Positions 48,555-57,163 of a stretch of DNA of 64,000 nucleotides are shown here, piece by piece (position 1 is the first letter of the stretch; each line of letters begins with the position of its first letter). Source of the DNA: a virus. Location: positions 64,001 to 128,000 of the IMG/VR virus record IMGVR_UViG_3300031746_000002; one strand, given 5' to 3'. A model generated the notes under the pieces. The model was not told where the DNA came from. It was given only the letters and a program-made list of their open reading frames with translations, and searched no databases. The translations under genes were made by a program, and so were the position numbers.

Positions 48555-48583
48555 TTTACTTTTTCACCGAAATATAGTATAAT
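48555..48583 (+). promoter_or_regulatory. Sigma70-type early promoter, copy 4
   Basis: TTTACT-TTTTCACCGAAATATAG-TATAAT. Confidence 0.85.
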
Positions 48584-48601
48584 GAAGTAAAGGAGGAAAC
48601 A

Positions 48602-49054
48602 ATGAAACTAAAAAATGAATTCATGAATGTAGAAGTAAGCAAAGACAAAACAAGAGGGGAAAAACGAATAATGCCAGCGAATAAAGATAGAAAACCAGAT
48701 TACATATCTCCACAAGGCAGAAAATTTTATCTTCAAAAGATTTCTACAAATTATGCTAAAGATTTGGGATTGCAAAGAGTTCAAGTCTTTAATGTAGACA
48801 ACATGCGAATAATAGTTCAAGATGGAAAAGTAGTTTATGAGAATAGTAGTATAGAAATGATAGGGGCTCATTTAGATATTATGAGTTTAAATAAAAAGGA
48901 GGCAGTCATGGCGCAAGGAAGATGTATGAAGTGTAAGAAACAAGTTGAAATCAAGAACGGAGTTGAAGTAACAATGAAGAACGGTAGACCTGCAATGAAG
49001 GGCGAATGCCCAATCTGCGGCACAAAAGTATTCTGCATTCTTAAAAAGAAGTAA
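48602..49054 (+). CDS. Hypothetical protein fused in frame to a DUF5679-like zinc ribbon (internal RBS/ATG at 48908)
   Basis: CMKCK...MKNGRPAMKGECPICGTKVFCI; AAGGAGG before ATG 48908. Confidence 0.65.
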   Translation: MKLKNEFMNVEVSKDKTRGEKRIMPANKDRKPDYISPQGRKFYLQKISTNYAKDLGLQRVQVFNVDNMRIIVQDGKVVYENSSIEMIGAHLDIMSLNKKEAVMAQGRCMKCKKQVEIKNGVEVTMKNGRPAMKGECPICGTKVFCILKKK

Positions 49055-49061
49055 ATCATAC

Positions 49062-49128
49062 GAGGCAAGGAAAGTGAAAGTGGGCTTTAGGTTACCAATG
49101 GGTCCATAACGACACTTTCCTTGTCCTC
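49062..49128 (+). other. Long RNA hairpin at the end of the accessory region
   Basis: GAGGCAAGGAAAGTG / CACTTTCCTTGTCCTC with inner TGGGCTT/GGGTCCA; no U-tract. Confidence 0.6.
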
Positions 49129-49230
49129 CATATGCCTATCCTATACATACCCAGCATACAGCCAGACCTCGTAGGCTCAATCTTTTCAACAATCTAACAT
49201 ATTACCATTCGAATCAAAATTCGTCAAACT

Positions 49231-49256
49231 GGGTTAACTAATAATATTATTATATA
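49231..49256 (+). promoter_or_regulatory. Candidate late promoter/operator, copy 2
   Basis: GGGTTAACTAATAATATTATTATATA, 25/26 identical to 12819-12844; precedes head operon. Confidence 0.75.
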
Positions 49257-49479
49257 AATATATGGCTATTCTATCAGATAATGAAATTGCAGAGCTGCAA
49301 GATAACATATTAGCATCAATGAACCGTGCATTACGGGAATTAAACTTTATTAAAAGGCTACTCGATGAATACGACATTGATGCTTCATCTATTAAAAACA
49401 ACATAGCTCAAGCTGAAGGGCTAAAAAAAGAACTGTTACATAAAATCGAAGTACATAATGAAGAGCAGGAGGAAAGCTA

Positions 49480-49680
49480 ATGTTTGAAAGAAAAGGAACA
49501 CCCGAAAAGATTATTGGCTTAGTTAAATTTAATGAAAAGAAAGCTACTGAAATTAAATGTCCATTTTGCGCAGCAATCGTTGGATGTGAAAATTGTGGAA
49601 TTAAAAAAGTAGGCGAATTGAAAGTGATAGGCCGAATACAAGTAAGATGTCCTTCCTGTGGTAAAGAATTCGAAATATAA
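49480..49680 (+). CDS. Small zinc-ribbon protein
   Basis: CPFC...CPSC; AGGAGG RBS. Confidence 0.6.
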   Translation: MFERKGTPEKIIGLVKFNEKKATEIKCPFCAAIVGCENCGIKKVGELKVIGRIQVRCPSCGKEFEI

Positions 49681-49699
49681 AAAAGGGAGAATATAAATC

Positions 49700-52153
49700 A
49701 TGCTGAAATCGGGATATAATCAAGGCGTAGGCTTTTACAGGCAAGCAGAACTTCAAATCATATCTACACTCACTAAGCAAGGCGACTGGCAAAACTTCTT
49801 AAATAAAGAATCATCCTTCTTAAAAAAAGCTGCATTTGAATACGACCCAGAAAATTTCTTATACTTTAGAGCTAGAGCAATTTCAGGCGGAGAGAAACAT
49901 GGCCCAAATGGTAATGGAGATTATTTTCCGTGGAAAGAATTACTCGCCTCATACGATACCTTTATAGGAAAAGGTTTCTACTTAGATCACAAATCAGATA
50001 ATATAGAGAATGCAAAAGGAATTATTCTTGATGCATTTCCTGTGGAACCAGATGAATATATTGAATGCTTAGTTGCTGTTGATAGAAAATTAGCTCCAGA
50101 TGTTTGTAGGCAAATCGAATCAGGAATTCTTAATGCAGTATCAATGGGTTGTTTGGCACAATCTGCTGAATGCTGCATTTGTCATAATGTAGCTCATAAT
50201 GAAGCACAACTTTGCGATCATATGAGACCAGGTCATGCTGCTTATGTTAAAGGTAGAGAATATTCAGGGCAAGTAAAAGCTGATATGAAATTGTGGCAAG
50301 ATAAAACAGCATTTGAAATAAATAAACAAATCATATTTACAGAGTTAAGTGGAGTAACAACTGGTGCAGATAAAGGTGCTCATATATTTGAAATTATAGC
50401 AGCAGAGTTAAAAGAAAAAGTAGAGCAGCTATTAAATCATTTCAAACGATATCAAGCATTAAAACAAGGAGTTGATATGGATAAGAAAACTATAAGTGAA
50501 GCTAAGCTGAAAATGCTTGCAGAAATATTAAATGTATTTGAAGAAAAGCAGAAAGGTGCTACATCAGAGGAAATGATAAAAGCACTTGGTTCGCTTAAAG
50601 AAGAAATAGCTGGAAAGCTGGGTACACTTGATAAACAGATAGAGGATTTTGTCATTGCAAAGTTTGATGAGATACTTAATGATGAAGATCAAGGCGAAGG
50701 CCCAATAATTAATGAAGCTATAGGAACTATTGACCCAGCCAAAGCTGCGACAACTGGCGATGCGGCTGCATCTGTAGTAGTTGACCCAGCCGGTAAGACT
50801 CAAGCAGAGCTTGATAAGGATGCAATATCTGAAGAAGAAGTAAAGAATAAAGAAAAAGAAGACAAAGAAAAGAAAGTAAAAAAGATGAAAAAAGAAATGC
50901 CAAAGCTTAAATCATTAATTGAAAATATAGTAAGACGAATAGTGAAGGGCGAAGATATCGAGAGGCTAGAGAAAAAAGAAACCGAAACAGGAACTGAATT
51001 AGAAATAGCACTCGGTGATGGTTATGTCCTGAAACAATGCAAGGATGTACCCAAGTTATTAGCACAGCTTTTTGACAGAGACCAAGCGACTGGAGTATAC
51101 ATTGAATTGCTTGATCCCAAAGGCGAAATGTCAGAGGCTGATAAAGTTGTACATTACAGAAAAAGATTAATGTTAGAAGTACCAGCAGTACAATCTGAAT
51201 TAAAGGAGGAAGCAGCAATGGAACAAAAAAATGCACATTTTAAAATTGATTATGAAGATGCACAGTCAGGGTCATTGAGGGATAACTATTTTGTAGCTTC
51301 AGAAAATGGAGAAGAGAAAAGGGTTAAGGCTACTTATATTATACCTTTAGATATCCAGAAAAAAATTGAAGCTAAAGAACTGGAAGATATAATTTCAGTT
51401 GAAGAAAGTATTGAGCAAATGACAAAAGAATGCGGCGGAACAATGGACGGTTTCAGACAGTTTGTGAAATCAGCCAAAAGGGAAGCATTTTCTAGGGCTG
51501 CAAAAGAACTAATAACTTCAGTCAACCCTGCAGAAATGCCAGCACCTCCAAAGAAACAATTTGGTAAGGTTACAAAGTCAGTCAATGAAGCTGAAGAAGC
51601 TGCTGATAAGAAAGACATACCAGGCACATCAGGTGGTTCAGCTGGTAAAAGGGTAAAGGATTTTTATAGCAGGCTGCCGAATGCTGGTCCTGGCGGAGAA
51701 GATATCGTTAAAGCTATTAATCCCCAGAGCGCTCTTCTTGTTGAAGAGAATAAGAAAATAGCAGCAGACCTTAAGAAATCACAGGATGATTTAGCTGCTA
51801 GAGAAGCAGAGCTTAACTCATTGAAACAAAAAGAAACAGTAAGAGCAAGTTCAGAAACAATAGCAATGGTATTAAATGAAATCAACCAGAAACTTGGCAT
51901 AGAAGTTGGCAAGGACAGGACCAAGATACTGGTAAATGCATTAGCCCAAATGGACCAGGATAACCTGTTAAAGGTGAAATCATTCATAGGGCTGCTGACA
52001 GACAAAGAGGTAAACGAAATCGAAATCGAAGAAGAGACAGGTAATCTACCTCAGATTACTGCAAGTGCAGAAGGATCTGCTGGGGTTGAAATGGTTGAAA
52101 ACCTCAAAGATGCAATGGTAGCAAGAGAAAAATCCAAGTATGTAAAGAAGTAA
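49700..52153 (+). CDS. Prohead protease-scaffold fusion
   Basis: NGNGDYF, YLDH (His), AVSMGC (Ser), CCIC...CDH zinc insert, FTELSGV..GAD; long acidic coiled-coil C-terminus; upstream of MCP. Confidence 0.88.
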   Translation: MLKSGYNQGVGFYRQAELQIISTLTKQGDWQNFLNKESSFLKKAAFEYDPENFLYFRARAISGGEKHGPNGNGDYFPWKELLASYDTFIGKGFYLDHKSDNIENAKGIILDAFPVEPDEYIECLVAVDRKLAPDVCRQIESGILNAVSMGCLAQSAECCICHNVAHNEAQLCDHMRPGHAAYVKGREYSGQVKADMKLWQDKTAFEINKQIIFTELSGVTTGADKGAHIFEIIAAELKEKVEQLLNHFKRYQALKQGVDMDKKTISEAKLKMLAEILNVFEEKQKGATSEEMIKALGSLKEEIAGKLGTLDKQIEDFVIAKFDEILNDEDQGEGPIINEAIGTIDPAKAATTGDAAASVVVDPAGKTQAELDKDAISEEEVKNKEKEDKEKKVKKMKKEMPKLKSLIENIVRRIVKGEDIERLEKKETETGTELEIALGDGYVLKQCKDVPKLLAQLFDRDQATGVYIELLDPKGEMSEADKVVHYRKRLMLEVPAVQSELKEEAAMEQKNAHFKIDYEDAQSGSLRDNYFVASENGEEKRVKATYIIPLDIQKKIEAKELEDIISVEESIEQMTKECGGTMDGFRQFVKSAKREAFSRAAKELITSVNPAEMPAPPKKQFGKVTKSVNEAEEAADKKDIPGTSGGSAGKRVKDFYSRLPNAGPGGEDIVKAINPQSALLVEENKKIAADLKKSQDDLAAREAELNSLKQKETVRASSETIAMVLNEINQKLGIEVGKDRTKILVNALAQMDQDNLLKVKSFIGLLTDKEVNEIEIEEETGNLPQITASAEGSAGVEMVENLKDAMVAREKSKYVKK

Positions 52154-52190
52154 GAAACACAAAAATCCAAGAAAGGGAGGATGTAAGAAC

Positions 52191-52700
52191 ATGGTTAATG
52201 TTGATAAAGACATTTTGAATGACCCGACAAAAACAGTGAAAGCAGGCGAAGCCATAACTTCCGGAATACCATTGACAATAAGCGCTGCAGTAGATGCGTA
52301 TATTGGCCAGCTGATACTTCCAGGAGCGGAATCAAGAATTTATGGTGTAGCTCTCTTTGATCAGAACGCATATAGGAATCAGGTGATGGACACAACTGGT
52401 GGACTGTATGGTTCAGGTAAAGGAACAGTAGAAATTCAAGGTATCGTTTCTATTGGTAGGACAGTGTATCATGACCCAGATGGTACTCCTCACAATGTAG
52501 ATGTATATGATGTAACAAAGACATTTGCTTATCTCGATCTCGTAGGGATAGCAATAGTCGATGGAGTTCCAGTAGTGACAAACGCGTACAGCGATGCAGA
52601 TACAATCTTCGGGTATGTTGTAGGTATTCCTGAAGATCATACAAAGGGTACACCGCTTCAAATTCTTTTAGTACCTAATGCGAATGAACCAACAGCATAA
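52191..52700 (+). CDS. Probable capsid decoration/cement protein
   Basis: Between protease and MCP; Gly-rich beta pattern (AGEAITSG, YGVAL, GSGKGTV, IFGYV). Confidence 0.6.
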   Translation: MVNVDKDILNDPTKTVKAGEAITSGIPLTISAAVDAYIGQLILPGAESRIYGVALFDQNAYRNQVMDTTGGLYGSGKGTVEIQGIVSIGRTVYHDPDGTPHNVDVYDVTKTFAYLDLVGIAIVDGVPVVTNAYSDADTIFGYVVGIPEDHTKGTPLQILLVPNANEPTA

Positions 52701-52869
52701 AGTAAATACTTTACTCTTAGTTAAAGAGTTGAAGCAAAGAGTGTTACTCAATAATTTGAGTTAGATGACCACTCCCCCGATAAAAAGAAAAAACGATTAA
52801 CAGAGTTCGAATTACAGGAGTATGAAGTTGAAACAAAAAATCGTTATATGAAAGGGAGGAACAGAGGTC

Positions 52870-53823
52870 ATGTATACACAAAAACAAATCGATCAAATAA
52901 TTAACGGCATAGTCCAGTTGTCCGACTCAGTTCGTGGCGCTGGATTACAGAGGCAAGCAGGTTTAAGTTCAGTACCAGCTCCAGAACTAGAACAATGGTT
53001 CGAGCAGACATTTGATGGTCCAAACGGACTCAAGAGAATAGCGTATGCATTCAAAGAGCCGTTGAAGATAGTAATGGATTATCAGGGTGTAGGCAGGAGA
53101 ATACTGAAAGTTGACGACATGCCAGTAGGCGAAATCCCGGCGTATGATAAAGATATTCCGGAATTTGCAGCAGTCCGAATGGCACAGCGCGGCGCACCAC
53201 CGCAGGTTGAGTGGGAACTTGAAAGGCTTGCAATACCAACAACTAAAATCATGGTCAATGATAAAGTTGACTATGAAGAAATTCAAATCAGAAGGTACCC
53301 TGTATTTGACAGAGCAAAAGAAAGAACAGGTATCGCAATTGCAATAGCAGAAGACAGGGAAATATTCCAGCTTCTGGAAACAGCAGCACTTGTAGGACCC
53401 AATGATAGCATCGACATTGGTACTGACCCATTCTCAAAGACAGCATTTGCAGAAGCATTTGGTATAATCACTGGTAACCAGCTTGCAGCTGGAGCCATAC
53501 TGATGCATCCAAAAGATTATGCAGATATTTTGACATGGAACAGTACTGATCTTGACCAAGTAACGTTGAATGAAATAATTTCAACGGGAGCAGCAGGAAG
53601 CATATGGAATATGCCGTTCATAGTTTCAACAAAGATGCCAATAGGCGTAGCATATGCAGTTACAACGCCTGATAAGCTTGGTAGGATTCCTGAAAGGAAG
53701 CCAGTAGAACTGAAGATATTTGACTATGTTCCAAAGGCACATTATGCATTCATGGCTTGGGAACAGGTTGGATTTGGCTGCCATAACACGCAAGGTGTCG
53801 TCAAGATTTACAGATCAGCGTAA
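52870..53823 (+). CDS. Major capsid protein (HK97 fold)
   Basis: Strong RBS; MDYQGVGRRIL, P.YDKD, DRAK...AEDREIF.LL, ILMHP..Y.DI, WEQVGFG; followed by strong terminator. Confidence 0.88.
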   Translation: MYTQKQIDQIINGIVQLSDSVRGAGLQRQAGLSSVPAPELEQWFEQTFDGPNGLKRIAYAFKEPLKIVMDYQGVGRRILKVDDMPVGEIPAYDKDIPEFAAVRMAQRGAPPQVEWELERLAIPTTKIMVNDKVDYEEIQIRRYPVFDRAKERTGIAIAIAEDREIFQLLETAALVGPNDSIDIGTDPFSKTAFAEAFGIITGNQLAAGAILMHPKDYADILTWNSTDLDQVTLNEIISTGAAGSIWNMPFIVSTKMPIGVAYAVTTPDKLGRIPERKPVELKIFDYVPKAHYAFMAWEQVGFGCHNTQGVVKIYRSA

Positions 53824-53853
53824 AAGATGGCCTGAGTAGTAAATAATATCAAT

Positions 53854-53889
53854 GTAGGAGAGGTAGTAAATCTACCTCTCCTACTTTTT
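53854..53889 (+). terminator. Intrinsic terminator after MCP
   Basis: GTAGGAGAGGTAG-TAAAT-CTACCTCTCCTAC perfect 13-bp stem plus T5. Confidence 0.92.
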
Positions 53890-53964
53890 AAAATGAATAA
53901 CACAGGTAGTTACCTTTAATATAGTTTGCAAAGCAGTAAAATAGATAAAAGGAGGAACGAACAA

Positions 53965-54420
53965 ATGAAAGTAAAAACAACAAGAACAAAGGGATTTATT
54001 ATTCAAGGGACAGGCGGTTGGTCAATTCACCCTGGAGAAGTTAGAGTTATTAGTACAGTACAGCAGAAGAATCCTAAGTTTGAACATTTAATTGACATCG
54101 GAGCATTAGTAGTTGTATCAGAAAAAACACCAGTTGCAAAACCAGCAATAACTAAAGGAAAGAAAGATGTAGTTATTGGTAATGCAAAAGAAAGTAAAGA
54201 GTTTCAAACTGATGCAAAAGGTGCAGTAGTAGCCGGTGTTAATGATATACCAACAGGACCAAGAAAGAAAACAGTTGATGAATTAGCTAATGGACCTTCT
54301 CCTGATGATGATGAAGATGAAGGAACACCAGCTCCAAAAAATACGGAGGGTGCACTACCAAAAAAAGCGAAGGGCCCAAGGACTCCAACTTCAAGGAAAG
54401 TAAGAATAGCCCAGAAGTAA
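53965..54420 (+). CDS. Head-associated protein, probably extended by a -1 frameshift into 54456-54761
   Basis: AGGAGG RBS before ATG 53965; A-AAA-AAA at 54360 with open -1 frame. Confidence 0.65.
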   Translation: MKVKTTRTKGFIIQGTGGWSIHPGEVRVISTVQQKNPKFEHLIDIGALVVVSEKTPVAKPAITKGKKDVVIGNAKESKEFQTDAKGAVVAGVNDIPTGPRKKTVDELANGPSPDDDEDEGTPAPKNTEGALPKKAKGPRTPTSRKVRIAQK

Positions 54421-54455
54421 TCTTTGAAGATGAAGATACTGGTGATGGGCCTTCA

Positions 54456-54761
54456 TTGATTGTTAATGGCGAAGAGAAAACTCTTGGAACTATCAGCAAA
54501 GAAATTGGCAACCAGATAAAACAATCAATTGACAAAGTAGACAATGATGCTATTGATATAGAGAAACATTATCAAGAGGTGAAGGCCCTAAAGCAGCCAA
54601 AAGGCAAAGTAAAAGAATTTTTAGATATGCCTTTGATGACACTTAAAACAGAAATAACAAAATGTAAAGATGTTAAGCTTCTAAAGAAAATAGCTGATGC
54701 AACAATTGATGATAATGTAATAAGCCTTTGCGACCAACGTATTAAAGAATTAAAACATTGA
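54456..54761 (+). CDS. Probable C-terminal (-1 frame) extension of the upstream gene
   Basis: TTG start without RBS; reading frame open from 54321. Confidence 0.55.
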   Translation: MIVNGEEKTLGTISKEIGNQIKQSIDKVDNDAIDIEKHYQEVKALKQPKGKVKEFLDMPLMTLKTEITKCKDVKLLKKIADATIDDNVISLCDQRIKELKH

Positions 54762-54780
54762 TGATAGGAGAAACGATAAA

Positions 54781-55257
54781 ATGAATCGAGATAATAACAT
54801 TATGCATTTCCGCGTTTATCGTCGGGAAAAAGGAAACATAGTTTTTTGTTGGAACAATGAAAAACTAACCGACGATCAGCGAAGTAACGTAGGTATTTTT
54901 GTTGAACAAAATGGTGAGTGGAAAGTAGTTATTCATCACTTAGTAGACTCATTACAATATCCAAGAATTGCAACAGAAAGTAAACAGATTATTGGAGCTG
55001 TAGTGAAGGAAAGTGAGAACCAACTAGTTTCTACGAAACCCTACGACTTCGTTCTAAGACTGGGGAAAAAAGAACCAGTAGAAGGGTACAAAACAGTTTT
55101 TCCAGAAAACGACTTGAAAGAGACTAGCGACGATAAAAAGAAAGATGTCCATTTAAGGTTATGGGACAGCAACGAAAAAGTCTGGAGAAAAGCTGAAGGC
55201 AAATTTAATAAGGACGGAAAATTTTGCCTACTTACACTGCCCAGCAACGAAGCGTAG
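54781..55257 (+). CDS. Hypothetical virion protein
   Basis: AGGAG RBS; within head operon. Confidence 0.55.
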   Translation: MNRDNNIMHFRVYRREKGNIVFCWNNEKLTDDQRSNVGIFVEQNGEWKVVIHHLVDSLQYPRIATESKQIIGAVVKESENQLVSTKPYDFVLRLGKKEPVEGYKTVFPENDLKETSDDKKKDVHLRLWDSNEKVWRKAEGKFNKDGKFCLLTLPSNEA

Positions 55258-55304
55258 TTCTTCTATAGTCTAAAGTAATATGAATTAATGGAGGAACTAC
55301 CAAT

Positions 55305-56066
55305 ATGTCAACCAGAGTCAAGTGGCTCATCCCTGCTATCATCCAAGCAGATGTTCAATATAATAAAATAAGATTATTCCGTGCAAATACAGAACAGTCT
55401 GCACAAGAGGCTGGCGGTTATGAATTAAAGAAAACTGTTGATATTCAAACAGGTGGTGTTTATAATACATATGTAGATGATGACACAACAGATAATGGAA
55501 AGAATAAATATTATTACATCAGGTTTTTTAAATCAGTTCAAGTAGTTGAAAGCGATATATACCTTACATTCTTCGAAATCACCCCGCGAGAGTTACGAAT
55601 TATTAATCAAGCATACACATTCATGCCAACAAAACTTCAAGGAATACTAGTTCAAGAAGATTACAGAGCTGGTATAAAATTAGCAATTGATGCATTCAAT
55701 GTTGTTCCTCCTATAACACAATTCGATATTAATGGCTATCCTTATTATGGTTATGAAATATTTTTAGCACTGGGTACATGTGTATTTACAGTACTATATA
55801 AATATATGTATATAGCATTTAAAGATTTCCAATTTACTGATAGTGGATTATCATTTAATGTAGCACGCGGTGAAAAGATAAATACTGTTGTAGATAAATT
55901 AATGGGAATATATAATCCTTTATTAAAAGCAGCTAAGTTAGATCTGATGAGTGAAATTCAAATGGGCAGTGGATTAGGTACATTCCAGCTGCCTATTTCT
56001 ATGGGTGGGAGAATTTCAGCAGGACTATTAAATGTGCTTGACGTATTCACACATTTCAGTCAATAA
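55305..56066 (+). CDS. Probable neck/head-completion protein
   Basis: GGAGG RBS; LAIDAFNVVPPIT...FTDSGLS pattern; position after MCP. Confidence 0.5.
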   Translation: MSTRVKWLIPAIIQADVQYNKIRLFRANTEQSAQEAGGYELKKTVDIQTGGVYNTYVDDDTTDNGKNKYYYIRFFKSVQVVESDIYLTFFEITPRELRIINQAYTFMPTKLQGILVQEDYRAGIKLAIDAFNVVPPITQFDINGYPYYGYEIFLALGTCVFTVLYKYMYIAFKDFQFTDSGLSFNVARGEKINTVVDKLMGIYNPLLKAAKLDLMSEIQMGSGLGTFQLPISMGGRISAGLLNVLDVFTHFSQ

Positions 56067-56077
56067 GGAGTACTAAG

Positions 56078-56464
56078 ATGGAATGGTTAAAAAAGATTGC
56101 TAAGGCAAAATATGAAAAGGACGACATTGTAATTCTTGATGATAAGACACAAGGAAAAATAGAAGATATACGATCTGAAAGAGTATGGCAAAAAGTTGTT
56201 TATGTCTATGATCTTAAAATACTCGATGGCCCAGATAAAGGAAAAAAATTGGAGAATGTAAATGAAAGAGCAATAGTTAAGAAAGCATCATTACATAAGA
56301 AAGCAGAAGAGACTGATGCTGAAAGAGCTTCAGGTATTATAATGCTCGCATTAGACAATTTTAGTGATGGAAAATTAAAAATTACAAAAAAGGGTCCTCA
56401 GATTTTAAAAGTTGAAACACCAGATGGGTTTAAATTTGAAATAAATATTGCATTAATATATTAA
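56078..56464 (+). CDS. Leader-tagged two-module protein (SH3-like plus small domain)
   Basis: MEWLKKIA leader; internal ASLHKKA linker. Confidence 0.65.
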   Translation: MEWLKKIAKAKYEKDDIVILDDKTQGKIEDIRSERVWQKVVYVYDLKILDGPDKGKKLENVNERAIVKKASLHKKAEETDAERASGIIMLALDNFSDGKLKITKKGPQILKVETPDGFKFEINIALIY

Positions 56465-56473
56465 GGAGCTAAC

Positions 56474-56701
56474 ATGAACTGGTTAAATAGAAAGGCAATG
56501 CAAACTGTTACTGTAGAAATTTCATCTCATGAATTTAGTAAAATTATAACTAAATTACAAAAGCTTACTAATAAGCCAATTAATTTTGATAAGGCAATAA
56601 AAATCATTGTTCAAAATTTTCTTAATAAGCATTTTCAAATAGAACAATTTGATGAAACAGATATTCAATGGCTGAAAGATGATATAGATAAAATGGTATA
56701 A
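56474..56701 (+). CDS. Leader-tagged small protein (RHH-like)
   Basis: MNWLNRKA leader. Confidence 0.6.
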   Translation: MNWLNRKAMQTVTVEISSHEFSKIITKLQKLTNKPINFDKAIKIIVQNFLNKHFQIEQFDETDIQWLKDDIDKMV

Positions 56702-56711
56702 GGAGAATAAC

Positions 56712-57155
56712 ATGAAATGGTTAAAAATAGAATCTCAGCCAGAAGCATCAGTAATGTTAAATGAAAACCAATATAATCGCATTACAGATTTTATTGGTAA
56801 TTTAGCATTAACACTTAAACAGGATAAAGCTTGGGATAAATCAATTGAAGATGCAATTAATGAACTTAAGAAAAGACTGGACAAAAAAGTAGTTGTTACT
56901 GAGACTATTCAAAACAGTTTAAATAAAGAAGCAGCTGGTGAAAGAGCTAATGTTCTTAAAGCGCTTGAAAAGATGAAAGCATCGTTGGAAGATTTGTATG
57001 AACTTGGAAATGTGTTGGTTCCACAAATGAAAGAAATTGGGTTAGAGTATAATACAACAGATATGTTTCAAAAGCAGATAGTAAATGTAATAGGATTACG
57101 AATCATAGATATATTAGAAGATATTACTGAAGATGTACGACATCTAGAAATGTAA
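56712..57155 (+). CDS. Leader-tagged two-module helical protein
   Basis: MKWLKIES leader; internal NSLNKEA linker. Confidence 0.6.
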   Translation: MKWLKIESQPEASVMLNENQYNRITDFIGNLALTLKQDKAWDKSIEDAINELKKRLDKKVVVTETIQNSLNKEAAGERANVLKALEKMKASLEDLYELGNVLVPQMKEIGLEYNTTDMFQKQIVNVIGLRIIDILEDITEDVRHLEM

Positions 57156-57163
57156 GGTATATA

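Noticed and set aside
52701-52869. Short inverted repeats in the MCP leader as a riboswitch
   Set aside because: Only weak AT-rich hairpins (ACTCTT/AAGAGT, ACTCAA/TTGAGT); no recognisable aptamer
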